33,610 bases of DNA, taken from assembly GCA_039030515.1 (NCBI GenBank), contig JBCCEA010000037.1, forward strand, positions 1 through 33,610. The letters run 5' to 3'. The stretch's first letter is position 1. Each line of letters opens with the position of its first letter. The notes beneath the pieces are model-generated. The model did no database searches. It was not told the DNA's origin and worked only from the letters and a program-made list of their open reading frames with translations. Shown here piece by piece: positions 18,048 to 26,920 of this stretch. The DNA comes from Myxococcota bacterium (GTDB lineage: Bacteria; Myxococcota_A; Polyangia; Polyangiales; Houyiibacteriaceae). The translations under genes were made by a program, and so were the position numbers.

Positions 18048-18763
18048 TAGCTACCTTCAAAACCTGACCGATGGGTTCCTGCCTCACGGGCTTCTTTGGC
18101 TTTGTCGATCCCCGGACAGTCGAGACTCGCTGCGATCAGGACCCTTTCTCGTGTTTCCCTTTCTTCAAGCAAGGCCCGAAGAAGTCTAGAAGGGCCATCC
18201 CGTCGAGCGACGGCATCCAGGATCGCGGGAAGCAGTCGATGCTCGACTTGGCGGATTCTTTGATGAAGGGATTCGACCGAGTCGTCATCGAGAATCGGTA
18301 GCGCAGCCTGCGCGATGATGCGTCCTGTATCTACGCCCGCATCCACCCAGTGTACGGTGCATCCGGTCACGCAAACCCCTGCCTTGAGTGCCTCCGCGAC
18401 CGCATGAGCACCGGGAAAAGCCGGCAGAAGCGATGGATGGATGTTGAGGATTCGCCCTCGGTACTGCTCGACGATAGGTGAACCAAGTATGCGCATGAAG
18501 CCTGCGAGTACAATGAGATCAGGTTCGAGCTCCTCTATCCTCGATGCGACTTGCTTGTTCCACTCCGAGCGACAGTCGCCCTTTCTGATCGGTAGGACCG
18601 TGGTCGGAATATTGCGTTTGCGCGCAATTTCCAAGGCGCCAGCTTCAGCTCGATCGGAAAACAAAGCGGTCACATCCACATCGCAGTCGCCGTTTTCAGC
18701 ATGTTGCAGTATGGAGGCAAAGTTAGAGCCCGCGCCCGATGCCATGACTACGATGCGTTTCAT
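18047..18763 (-). CDS. purN: Phosphoribosylglycinamide formyltransferase
   Basis: SGAGSN, LAGFMRIL, NIHPSLLPAFPG, TGCTVHWVDAGVDTG; ATGA overlap with purM. Confidence 0.96.
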   Translation of the reverse strand: MKRIVVMASGAGSNFASILQHAENGDCDVDVTALFSDRAEAGALEIARKRNIPTTVLPIRKGDCRSEWNKQVASRIEELEPDLIVLAGFMRILGSPIVEQYRGRILNIHPSLLPAFPGAHAVAEALKAGVCVTGCTVHWVDAGVDTGRIIAQAALPILDDDSVESLHQRIRQVEHRLLPAILDAVARRDGPSRLLRALLEERETRERVLIAASLDCPGIDKAKEAREAGTHRSGFEGS

Positions 18764-19818
18764 AGTTCGAGGTTTGAATCTGAAATCAGCTGAACAGGTG
18801 GTTCTTCCTCACGCTGCAGGGCGACTTCCCCGAGCTCTATCGGAGTCTCTCCCGCGTCCTGCAGGGCTTTGAGTAGTGTGTCCTGGTCCTTGGGCTGTAC
18901 GGCAAACACATATCCAACGCCCATATTGAAGGTGCGGCACATCTCGGCGTGATCCACCGAGCCCGTTTCTGCTATCAAATCGAAAATCCACGGTCGTTTC
19001 CAGGTCGATTCATCGATCCGTGCTTGATGGCCATCGGGCAGCATTCTAGGGATGTTTTCGATGAGCCCCCCTCCCGTGATGTGGCACATGCCTCGCAAAA
19101 GACCGGTTTCATGAGCTACGCGAACGACGGGGGCATAAATTTTCGTGGGAGTGAGCAAGACCTCACCAAGGGTGCGGGAACCATCCTCGACTGGATCGCT
19201 CAGTGCCATGGCTCCTCGTTCAAGCAGCGCGGTGCGCGCTAGTGAATAGCCGTTGCTGTGAAGTCCTGTAGAGGGCAGGCCGATGAGTCGATCGCCTTGC
19301 GAAACCAGGCGAGGGTGTAGGAGTGCGCGCCTAGAGACCACGCCTACGCAGAATCCGGCTAGGTCATACTCGCCCTGCGCATACATTTGAGGCATTTCCG
19401 CAGTTTCTCCGCCCAGCAAGGCGCAGCCGGCCGAGGCGCAACCGGAAGCGATCCCGCATATGACCTCTGCTGCCTGGTCGACGTTCAAAGCGCCCGTTGC
19501 GAAATAATCGAGGAAGAACAGCGGCTTTGCCCCGGTGGTGATCACGTCGTTGACGCACATCGCAACCAGGTCACGACCGATGGTGTCGTGTCGATCCATC
19601 TCAAATGCCAACTTGAGCTTGGTGCCCACTCCGTCCGTACCGGAGACCAGTACCGGATCTTCTACGCCCTGAGGCAGTTGGCAAAGCCCGGCAAAGCCTC
19701 CCAGCCCTGCCAAGACCTCCGAAGTATGCGTTTGCTCGGCGAGCGGACGGATGCGGTCGATCAACCGCTGGCCCGCTTCGATATTCACGCCAGCGTCGCG
19801 GTAGGTCATCGCGCTCAT
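18760..19818 (-). CDS. purM: Phosphoribosylformylglycinamidine cyclo-ligase (AIR synthetase)
   Basis: YRDAGV, TDGVGTK, AMCVND, GGETAEMP, GLHSNGYS, HITGGG, TFNMGVG. Confidence 0.97.
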   Translation of the reverse strand: MSAMTYRDAGVNIEAGQRLIDRIRPLAEQTHTSEVLAGLGGFAGLCQLPQGVEDPVLVSGTDGVGTKLKLAFEMDRHDTIGRDLVAMCVNDVITTGAKPLFFLDYFATGALNVDQAAEVICGIASGCASAGCALLGGETAEMPQMYAQGEYDLAGFCVGVVSRRALLHPRLVSQGDRLIGLPSTGLHSNGYSLARTALLERGAMALSDPVEDGSRTLGEVLLTPTKIYAPVVRVAHETGLLRGMCHITGGGLIENIPRMLPDGHQARIDESTWKRPWIFDLIAETGSVDHAEMCRTFNMGVGYVFAVQPKDQDTLLKALQDAGETPIELGEVALQREEEPPVQLISDSNLEL

Positions 19819-19839
19819 CTCAGAAGGTTAGTCTCAGAA

Positions 19840-20187
19840 CTAGGAAAACCAAGCGAATCCTGCAGCTGCGATCGTCACCACGATCGAGAGCAGAACCACG
19901 GCGATGAACGGACTGGGGGATTGTGGGGCGACCGATCTTTCGGATGGACGGGCCTGAAGTTCTTCCGAGGTGATCGCTAGATCGTGGCTTTTCGGCCGGA
20001 CTTTTCCGGATGGCTTATCCCGCCCGCTCGGAGGAGGTGGCTCCCAGCTTGGGCGAAATGACTTCGAATAGCGCTCAGCTTCACTTGCTGAGAGTCCTCC
20101 TGACGGCGGCATGGAGGTGTGGGTTTGGGGTTCCCTTTCGACGTCGGAGAGGTCCTTTGTATTGTTTTTTGCGGCCTGCTCGCCCAT
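19840..20187 (-). CDS. Small hypothetical protein with C-terminal membrane anchor
   Basis: GGAG RBS before ATG 20187; Pro/Ser-rich body; hydrophobic tail FIAVVLLSIVVTIAAAGFAWF; ends 21 nt before purM. Confidence 0.7.
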   Translation of the reverse strand: MGEQAAKNNTKDLSDVEREPQTHTSMPPSGGLSASEAERYSKSFRPSWEPPPPSGRDKPSGKVRPKSHDLAITSEELQARPSERSVAPQSPSPFIAVVLLSIVVTIAAAGFAWFS

Positions 20188-20468
20188 GTACTCCACATCT
20201 CCCGCCGGCGAACTGTACCGAACTCTTGATATTCAAAAGGGCGCGTTGTTTCTCTGCAGCAATGATTTGTCTCTCCGCAGGAATGAAAAGTCCCCCGCAA
20301 GAACCAACGCTACCGAAAAGTCTAACACCAGCTTCCGTGCAAGACCACTTGGCTCAGTTTCATCGCACTTCGCTCCACGCGGGGGCTCCTCGGCGGCTGG
20401 TCGGTTCTAAGTTGAATACACGTTCGACCTTGGAACCGCTTGGGCGCGGCTATCGCTCCAATTCTCGC

Positions 20469-21785
20469 ATGGCTCCATCGCGTCCCGTGCGACTTCCTCC
20501 TGCCCGGGTGCCGCTGTGTGCGGCTGCCACTCTTTGCTTGCTGCCGGCTTGCGATGTCCCCTCTGCAGATAGGTCACCCGAGGTCTACTCGGATCCCGAT
20601 GAGGCCAGGGCGTTTCGGGATCGCCGGTTTTCTGAGTCGAGGTCTGCCGAGACGGCAGAGCCTAACCTTCAACTTTCCCCTTCACCTGAAGCGTCGAGGT
20701 CCGTCTACCTGCACCGACGCCGTGCCGAAGGCGCACCCGTTCTCTCACAGATCGTCGTGCACCATCCCGAGCGAGGAGGAAACGGAGTTCGGGTGGTGCT
20801 TCATTTTGATCGCGTTGCGGTGTTTTCCCGTCGAAACGTACCGGCGACGACCACGATGCCGCGCCGGCTGATCTTCACTTTTGACGATGCGATCGTCGAT
20901 CCACTCGTTCCGCTCAATATCCCCGTGGCTTCGGGGGGACTTCTCCGGGTTCGGGGTTCTCCAAACCTCCAAGAAGAGCTCCAACTCGCGTTTGATATCG
21001 AGGACGATGCGGCGCTCTCACTTTCTTTTCTTTTGAGTCCCTACCGCCTCGTCTTGGATTTTGCAGGAGGTGCCGCTGGGGCGGATGCGATTCCCGTTCC
21101 CGCTTTGAGCCACATTCGGCGGGTCGTCTTGGACCCGGGCCACGGAGGTGATGACTACGGTGCCCGCTACGAAGACTTGACCGAAGCGCGACTCGCACTC
21201 GATATCGCCTTGCGCACTGAGGCTGCGCTTCGCAGGCGGCTTCCGGAAGTCGAAGTGCTGTTGACTCGGCGCGATGACGAGCCGCTAGCACTGGATCGCC
21301 GAACCGCGCTGGCAAACGCGGTTCGAGCCGATATTTTTGTGAGCATTCACCTGAACTCTGCGGATGATCCCGTCCGCCGAGGTGGCGTGGCGACTTTCGT
21401 GCTCGACACCAGCAACGATCGACAGGCGATTCGACTCGCTGCAAGAGAAAATGGCGCTTCTGTCGATGAGGTGACTGGCATGCAGAGGCTGCTTGCAGGG
21501 CTGCATCGGGAGGTCCAACTCGAAGATTCTTTGCGTCTCGCAGAGCTGGTGCAGGGAGGAACCGTGTCCGGGGCCCGGCGGGTCCTTCCCTGGCTTCGAG
21601 ACCGTGGAGTGAAGCGAGCTATGTTTTTCGTATTGGTTGGAGCCTCGATGCCGTCGGTACTCGTCGAGGCGTCGTTTTTGACCCAACCGAGAGAAGCTAA
21701 GGCGCTTCGCACCGAGGTGTACCGGCAGTCGCTCGCGGAAGGTATCGCCGAAGGGATCATTCGTTACGCTCGAGAAAAGCACTAG
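20469..21785 (+). CDS. N-acetylmuramoyl-L-alanine amidase (Amidase_3) with AMIN-like domain, probable lipoprotein
   Basis: LDPGHGG, SIHLN, AARENG, LVEASF; AMIN-like PYRLVLDF; lipobox-like LPAC after ATG 20469. Start is inferred. Confidence 0.9.
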   Translation: MAPSRPVRLPPARVPLCAAATLCLLPACDVPSADRSPEVYSDPDEARAFRDRRFSESRSAETAEPNLQLSPSPEASRSVYLHRRRAEGAPVLSQIVVHHPERGGNGVRVVLHFDRVAVFSRRNVPATTTMPRRLIFTFDDAIVDPLVPLNIPVASGGLLRVRGSPNLQEELQLAFDIEDDAALSLSFLLSPYRLVLDFAGGAAGADAIPVPALSHIRRVVLDPGHGGDDYGARYEDLTEARLALDIALRTEAALRRRLPEVEVLLTRRDDEPLALDRRTALANAVRADIFVSIHLNSADDPVRRGGVATFVLDTSNDRQAIRLAARENGASVDEVTGMQRLLAGLHREVQLEDSLRLAELVQGGTVSGARRVLPWLRDRGVKRAMFFVLVGASMPSVLVEASFLTQPREAKALRTEVYRQSLAEGIAEGIIRYAREKH

Positions 21786-21840
21786 CGTTCAAGTATTGCA
21801 CCACCTTGCCAATACCTACACTCACGCGCATGTTCCGCAG

Positions 21841-24510
21841 ATGGTGGAAAGCCCTCAGATCGCGGTAGATCTCGGCGGTCTAGCGCCAGATCTGGGACGC
21901 TTTTGTGAGCGGTACCTGCGACGGTATCGACGGCATCTTTCCGCTGCAGTCGAACGTGGGGAGTCGGGCATCTCTGTCTGTCGTACGCACGCACGCATCC
22001 TCGACGGCCTTTTTGGCGCATTGTTTTGTGCAGCACATGCGGCCGCGGGTCATCACAGCCGATGTGACAGGGTCTGTCTGGTTGCGGTTGGAGGCTACGG
22101 CCGCGGGATTCTCGGCCTTCACTCAGATATCGATGTGGTGTTCCTCTGTGACGATCCTACCGACCGTTTTGTAGTGAACTTGGTTGAAGCATGGCTCTAT
22201 CCCCTTTGGGATCTCGGATTCGATATCGGTCATGCCGTTCGCGGCGTAGGCGAAACGATCGCGCTTGCGCGTGAGGATATTCGGACCGCGACAACGCTCC
22301 TCGATCTGCGTCGGGTCAGTGGCGATGAATCGATACTTTCTGAGCTTCGGGAGTCTGCACGAGAGGAGATTTTTGGCCCTGAGCTACTGGAGGTATTTTT
22401 GGATACCCTTCAAAAGGACACGGCCAACAGACACGAGCGCTTTGGAGGCTCACTTTACCTGCTCGAACCGAATATGAAGTTGGGTCGCGGTGGCCTTCGA
22501 GATGTAGACGTGGTGCATTGGACCGCTCAGGCACGCTGGAATGTCTCCGATCTCGCAGACCTGGTTGAGTGTGGAGCACTGTCGCGGCGCGAATGGTCTG
22601 AGCTCGACGCCGCCGCCGAGATGCTTTGGCGGGTTCGTAATCTGCTTCATGTCGATGCGGGGCGTCGGCATGACCGCCTCACCTTTGTAGATCAAGAGGA
22701 CGCTTCGATTGAGCTTGGTTTCGTTGATGCTGAGACTTTGGGTGTTGAGCAGTTTATGCAGGTCTACTATCGGCATGCCCGCGTGGTTGCGCTAACCGCC
22801 GAACGAATACTGCAAAGAGCCAGAATTCGCATCCGTAGTGCACCCGAGAGATTCTTGCGGCTGGGCGACGGTACGGTTTCCTTTGATCGCCAGATTCGCT
22901 TTGAGGATTCGAGCGCACTAAGTGCCAAGCCGTGCTTGGCCCTGCGTCTCTACAGTCAGGTCTTACGTTTGAAAGAGCCACCGGACTCCATGGCTCGAGA
23001 TCTGGTAGTGCAAAGAACGGTCGAGCCCGCATTTCGTGAGGAACTAAGAGGGTCTCCAGAGGCCGCAAAGCTCTTTCTCTCGCTGCTCACTCACGTGAGT
23101 CCCTCGCCGATGCGGCGTGGCTCCGTGCTGCTCGAGCTGCTCGATGTGGGCCTCATCACCGCCATGATTCCTGAATTTGAGCCACTTATTGCACGAGTAC
23201 AGCACGATGTATACAACGTCTATACCATCGACGTGCACTCTATTCTGGCAGTCGACTGGCTTCGTCGTCTTCGTCGAGGTGAGATGGCTAGGGACTTGCC
23301 CCTGTCTACCCGACTTGCTGCCGAGACGCCTCGGCTTGCTCCACTTCATCTCGCCATCCTCTTGCACGAACTCGGTACATCCGTCGGAGGTCATCCAGCG
23401 AGAGACGGCGCCCGCCCCGCCGGAGTTGTTGCTGCAAGGTTCGGATTGTCTGCTGTGGACGTGGAACACGTCGTGTGGCTCGTACAAGAAAGTCTCAGCT
23501 TCCACCACTGGGCGACGCGGCGAGACACCAGTGATCCGGATGCGCTCGCCGAGTTTACCTCGGTGGTAGGAACGGTGGACCGACTCAGGGATCTCTATCT
23601 GCTTACGGTGGCAGATCTCGCGAGCACCAGTCCAGGAGCGCTCTCTGCTTGGAAGGCGAGAACGCTTGACGATCTCTATCTCGGTGCGCTTGCGGTTCTC
23701 GAAGGTCGCAACACTTCCTCTGCCGAGGGACGGGCCCAAGAGATACGGGATGAAGTACGCATCGGTTTTGTGGGCGACGTGTCGACTTCGCTCTTGGAGG
23801 AGTACATCGCCCAGATGCCGGACCGATATCTACTTGCGAATCCAGTGGACCGGATCCGAGTGCATGCTCGGGCGGTTCGGGATCGGAAGGCGGCAAGAGT
23901 TAGCGTACACATCAATCCGGGCTATGCCCCCGACCTCGCCGAGATCCTTCTTATTGCTGACGATAGGCCGGGTCTTCTTGCGGATATTGCGGCTGTCTTT
24001 GCGGCAAACCATCTCATCGTCGTTGACGCGCAGATATACACGCGCAGTGCGAATAGAAACGAAGCCATCGATATTTTTCACGTCCGCAGGGCTGCCGATG
24101 AAGCTGAATTGGATGGCATTCGCTGTAAGAGCGTGCTGACGGATATGGAGGCACTGCTCGCAGGTGACACGACGCCTGAGGAATTGCTTGCTCGGCCTTT
24201 GCCTTCCCGCGCTTGGGCCCGTCGCAAGAGTCCAACCATTGCGACCTCGGTCCTGGTCGACAATGATGCCTCGTCCCGGTTTACGGTTGTCGATGTCTAC
24301 ACTCGAGATCGCCCCGGGGTGCTGCACACCATCGCACGAACGCTTTATGCCGAGGGGCTCTCGATTGCACTCTCCCGAGTCAATACGGAAGGGGAGCGGG
24401 TTGCGGACGCCTTTTATGTCGAACAGTCTTGTGGCGGAAAGATACGCAGTCCGGTTGCCTTAAGTCGCATTCAGAGTGCGGTCCAAGAGGCGATGTCGGT
24501 GCTGCTCTAG
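21841..24510 (+). CDS. glnD: [Protein-PII] uridylyltransferase GlnD with degenerate HD domain
   Basis: AVGGYGRG..SDID, LEPNMKLGRGGLRD, RNLLH, YTIDVH, LLTVAD and two ACT domains (DRPGLL, DRPGVL..DAFYV). Confidence 0.95.
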   Translation: MVESPQIAVDLGGLAPDLGRFCERYLRRYRRHLSAAVERGESGISVCRTHARILDGLFGALFCAAHAAAGHHSRCDRVCLVAVGGYGRGILGLHSDIDVVFLCDDPTDRFVVNLVEAWLYPLWDLGFDIGHAVRGVGETIALAREDIRTATTLLDLRRVSGDESILSELRESAREEIFGPELLEVFLDTLQKDTANRHERFGGSLYLLEPNMKLGRGGLRDVDVVHWTAQARWNVSDLADLVECGALSRREWSELDAAAEMLWRVRNLLHVDAGRRHDRLTFVDQEDASIELGFVDAETLGVEQFMQVYYRHARVVALTAERILQRARIRIRSAPERFLRLGDGTVSFDRQIRFEDSSALSAKPCLALRLYSQVLRLKEPPDSMARDLVVQRTVEPAFREELRGSPEAAKLFLSLLTHVSPSPMRRGSVLLELLDVGLITAMIPEFEPLIARVQHDVYNVYTIDVHSILAVDWLRRLRRGEMARDLPLSTRLAAETPRLAPLHLAILLHELGTSVGGHPARDGARPAGVVAARFGLSAVDVEHVVWLVQESLSFHHWATRRDTSDPDALAEFTSVVGTVDRLRDLYLLTVADLASTSPGALSAWKARTLDDLYLGALAVLEGRNTSSAEGRAQEIRDEVRIGFVGDVSTSLLEEYIAQMPDRYLLANPVDRIRVHARAVRDRKAARVSVHINPGYAPDLAEILLIADDRPGLLADIAAVFAANHLIVVDAQIYTRSANRNEAIDIFHVRRAADEAELDGIRCKSVLTDMEALLAGDTTPEELLARPLPSRAWARRKSPTIATSVLVDNDASSRFTVVDVYTRDRPGVLHTIARTLYAEGLSIALSRVNTEGERVADAFYVEQSCGGKIRSPVALSRIQSAVQEAMSVLL

Positions 24511-24561
24511 AGTGGACCCGGTCGCTTGGATTTAGTTGTTCGGGTTTAGGGATGCGCGCGT

Positions 24562-25224
24562 TCAAGTTTTTGAGGACTCGCCGCAAGATATCTTTCGATC
24601 AAGCCCGACGAGGTAGGTTTCAAAGCTTTCACGTCGAACCGCTTCGGGTCTCATGATGCGGCATTCTTTGAAGCGCGTACGAACCTCATCCCGGGCACAG
24701 GAAAACTCAGGACCTTGAAATATCTTAGCCACCAGTGTCCCTCCTTTCGCCAGAACCTTGTCTGAAATGAGAAGCGCCTGAAGCACCAGCTCGTAGCTTC
24801 TAAATTGGTCCCGAACGCGGCTGCCGGAAGTGGCTGGAGCCATATCGCTGAGCACCACGTCGAAGGGTCCCGGCAGATGTTCTGGATCCAAGTCGAATAC
24901 ATCGACCACGCGCATTTCTAAGTTGTCAGGAAGCGCTCCCCTGTGTTCTGTGATGTCGAGACCCAACACAGAGCCTGAGGGACCTACGCTTTTTGCAGCA
25001 TAGAGACTCCAAGATCCTGGAGCAGCTCCGAGATCGAGAACGCGCTTGCCGTGACTCAGCAAGCGCAAACGACGATCCATCTCCTCCAACTTGAATACAG
25101 ATCTCGCTGGAAAACCCTGTTTTTTTGCTCGTCGGGTGAAGGAATCAGGATGCCGTCTAGAATCTGGACACTGCTTTCGACCGCTAGGCTTTCGACCGCC
25201 GGGCCTTCGACCTTTCTGCTTCAA
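24562..25224 (-). CDS. rlmE: 23S rRNA Um2552 2'-O-methyltransferase (RlmE/FtsJ)
   Basis: ARSVFKL, LDLGAAPGSW, LSDMAP, KIFQG, S.ETY; the K-D-K-E tetrad is recognisable. Confidence 0.93.
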   Translation of the reverse strand: MKQKGRRPGGRKPSGRKQCPDSRRHPDSFTRRAKKQGFPARSVFKLEEMDRRLRLLSHGKRVLDLGAAPGSWSLYAAKSVGPSGSVLGLDITEHRGALPDNLEMRVVDVFDLDPEHLPGPFDVVLSDMAPATSGSRVRDQFRSYELVLQALLISDKVLAKGGTLVAKIFQGPEFSCARDEVRTRFKECRIMRPEAVRRESFETYLVGLDRKISCGESSKT

Positions 25225-25227
25225 TCT

Positions 25228-25896
25228 TTAAGCCGCGACGTCCTGAATCTTCTTTACCGCCAAACGAACGGTAACCACTCCGTTTCGGCTTCCTGGCACC
25301 GAGCCTCTAACCAAGATAAGGCCTTCGTCCCCCATCACTCGAACCACTTTGAGATTCATTTTTGTAGTCCGCTTGGCTCCATACTGACCCGGCATGCCCT
25401 GGCCACGGAGGGTGCGACCTGGGGTCATGTTCATGCCGATCGAACCGCCGCGACGATCACCTTCGTGGTTGCCGTGCGTGAGAGACTTGGATCCTTTGAA
25501 GCCATGTCGCTTCATGACTCCTGTGTATCCGCGACCTTTGCTCACGCCGGTGACATCGATAAAGTGACCTTCTCGGAACACGTCGGCCGCCTTGATCTCT
25601 TGGCCAACGCTGTACTGCTCCACCGCTTCGGTGGGGAACCGAAATTCACGGACGAGCTTTGCCGGAGTTTGGCCGTTCTTCTTAAAGAACCCCTGCTCCG
25701 GTTTGTTTACGTGTTTCTCGGTTCGCGTACCAAAGCCCACGATCAATGCCGAGTAGCCGTCCTGATCAATGGTTCGCTTGCCCAAAACTACGTTGGGGCC
25801 CGCTTGAATCACGGTCACCCGATGCACGATGCCGTTTTCGTCAAATATCTGAGTGGTTCCAAGCTTCGTGCCGATGAGACCTAGATTCGTATTCAC
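25228..25896 (-). CDS. rplC: 50S ribosomal protein L3 (uL3), outside the S10 operon
   Basis: GLIGTKLGTTQIF, VTVI, DGYSA, DVTGVSKGRGYTGVMKRHGF, GSIG..TPGR, MPGQYG, VRGSVPG; GAGGAG RBS before GTG. Confidence 0.96.
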   Translation of the reverse strand: MNTNLGLIGTKLGTTQIFDENGIVHRVTVIQAGPNVVLGKRTIDQDGYSALIVGFGTRTEKHVNKPEQGFFKKNGQTPAKLVREFRFPTEAVEQYSVGQEIKAADVFREGHFIDVTGVSKGRGYTGVMKRHGFKGSKSLTHGNHEGDRRGGSIGMNMTPGRTLRGQGMPGQYGAKRTTKMNLKVVRVMGDEGLILVRGSVPGSRNGVVTVRLAVKKIQDVAA

Positions 25897-25923
25897 GGCA
25901 TACTCCTCGCCGAAAGGTCGCGG

Positions 25924-25951
25924 AGCATACTCGGCTTGGGTCAGGCGTCAA
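25924..25951 (-). promoter_or_regulatory. Putative sigma-70 promoter of rplC-rlmE
   Basis: Minus strand reads TTGACG-16 nt-TATGCT, ending 27 nt before the rplC start. Confidence 0.6.
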
Positions 25952-26028
25952 GGAGGTCTCCCGCGGACCGTGTTTGATTGTCGGAGAAGGTCGAGAACCG
26001 AGAGGTCCAGGTAGAGCAAACCGCCCCG

Positions 26029-26913
26029 TCAGAGCGACTCAAAAGAAAGGTTGAGTACTCTTCGCGCATTCTGGGTCGTTATCGCATGCAACTCTTCCGT
26101 CGTTTGACCGCGTAGCTCGGCGATCATCGCGGCCGTGTAGCCCACGAAACTCGGTTCATTGATCGAGCCCCTCTTGGGCACCGGCGCGAGGTAGGGCGCA
26201 TCGGTTTCCACCAAAATGGCGTCCTCTGGCTGTTTGCGGGCTGCCTCCCGTACTTCGCTCGCGTTTTTGAAGGTCACGATGCCGCTGAAGGATGCGACGA
26301 AGCCAAGGTCGAGGGAGGCTTTGGCAAAGTGCGCGTCCTCGCTGAAACAATGAATGATCCCACCGACATCACGGGCGTGCTCTTCCTTGAGTACCTCCAG
26401 GGTTTCGCTTGCGGCATCCCTTGTATGGATGATCAGCGGCTTGTCTACGCGCTTGGCGATCGCGATGTTTCTCCGCAACGATTCTAGCTGTGCCTCCCGT
26501 GAGGCGTACTCGTAGAAAAAATCTAGCCCAGTCTCTCCGACGGCCACGATAAGCGGGTCGCGCGCAAGCTCCTCGAGCGCTTCGAAGAGTGCATCGCTTT
26601 GGTGCTCGGCGTCGTGGGGGTGGATCCCCGTGGTTGCGCGCACTTGATCAGGATGGCGACGCGCTACGTCGATCGCAGAATCCAGATTGCCGAGAGACTT
26701 TGCGCATCCGATCGTGACCATCCCGATCACACCCGACTGCTTTGCTCGGTGGAGCACCGCTGGCAGATGTGCCGCAAGTTTGGGGTCGTCCAGGTGGCAG
26801 TGCGTGTCGATCAGGTTGCCTTGAGAGTTCACTTCGGTGGGTCCTAGGGTAGGGCGCGCGTTTGGATGCCGAAGCTCGCGCGCACTGGATGGGCTCAGCG
26901 AGACCGAGGTCAC
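26029..26913 (-). CDS. tatD: TatD-family metal-dependent DNase (YcfH-like)
   Basis: DTHCHL, GIHPH, GETGLD, IHTR, HCFS, ETDAPYLAP; follows holB as is common. Confidence 0.95.
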   Translation of the reverse strand: MTSVSLSPSSARELRHPNARPTLGPTEVNSQGNLIDTHCHLDDPKLAAHLPAVLHRAKQSGVIGMVTIGCAKSLGNLDSAIDVARRHPDQVRATTGIHPHDAEHQSDALFEALEELARDPLIVAVGETGLDFFYEYASREAQLESLRRNIAIAKRVDKPLIIHTRDAASETLEVLKEEHARDVGGIIHCFSEDAHFAKASLDLGFVASFSGIVTFKNASEVREAARKQPEDAILVETDAPYLAPVPKRGSINEPSFVGYTAAMIAELRGQTTEELHAITTQNARRVLNLSFESL

Positions 26914-26920
26914 GGATGCT

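Noticed and set aside
20010..20468. 153-aa N-terminal extension of the amidase ORF
   Set aside because: Overlaps the divergent small gene and its promoter region; a signal peptide and lipobox appear only after ATG 20469.
25051..25884. 277-aa plus-strand ORF
   Set aside because: Antisense shadow of rplC/rlmE with no recognisable motif; typical of GC-rich DNA.
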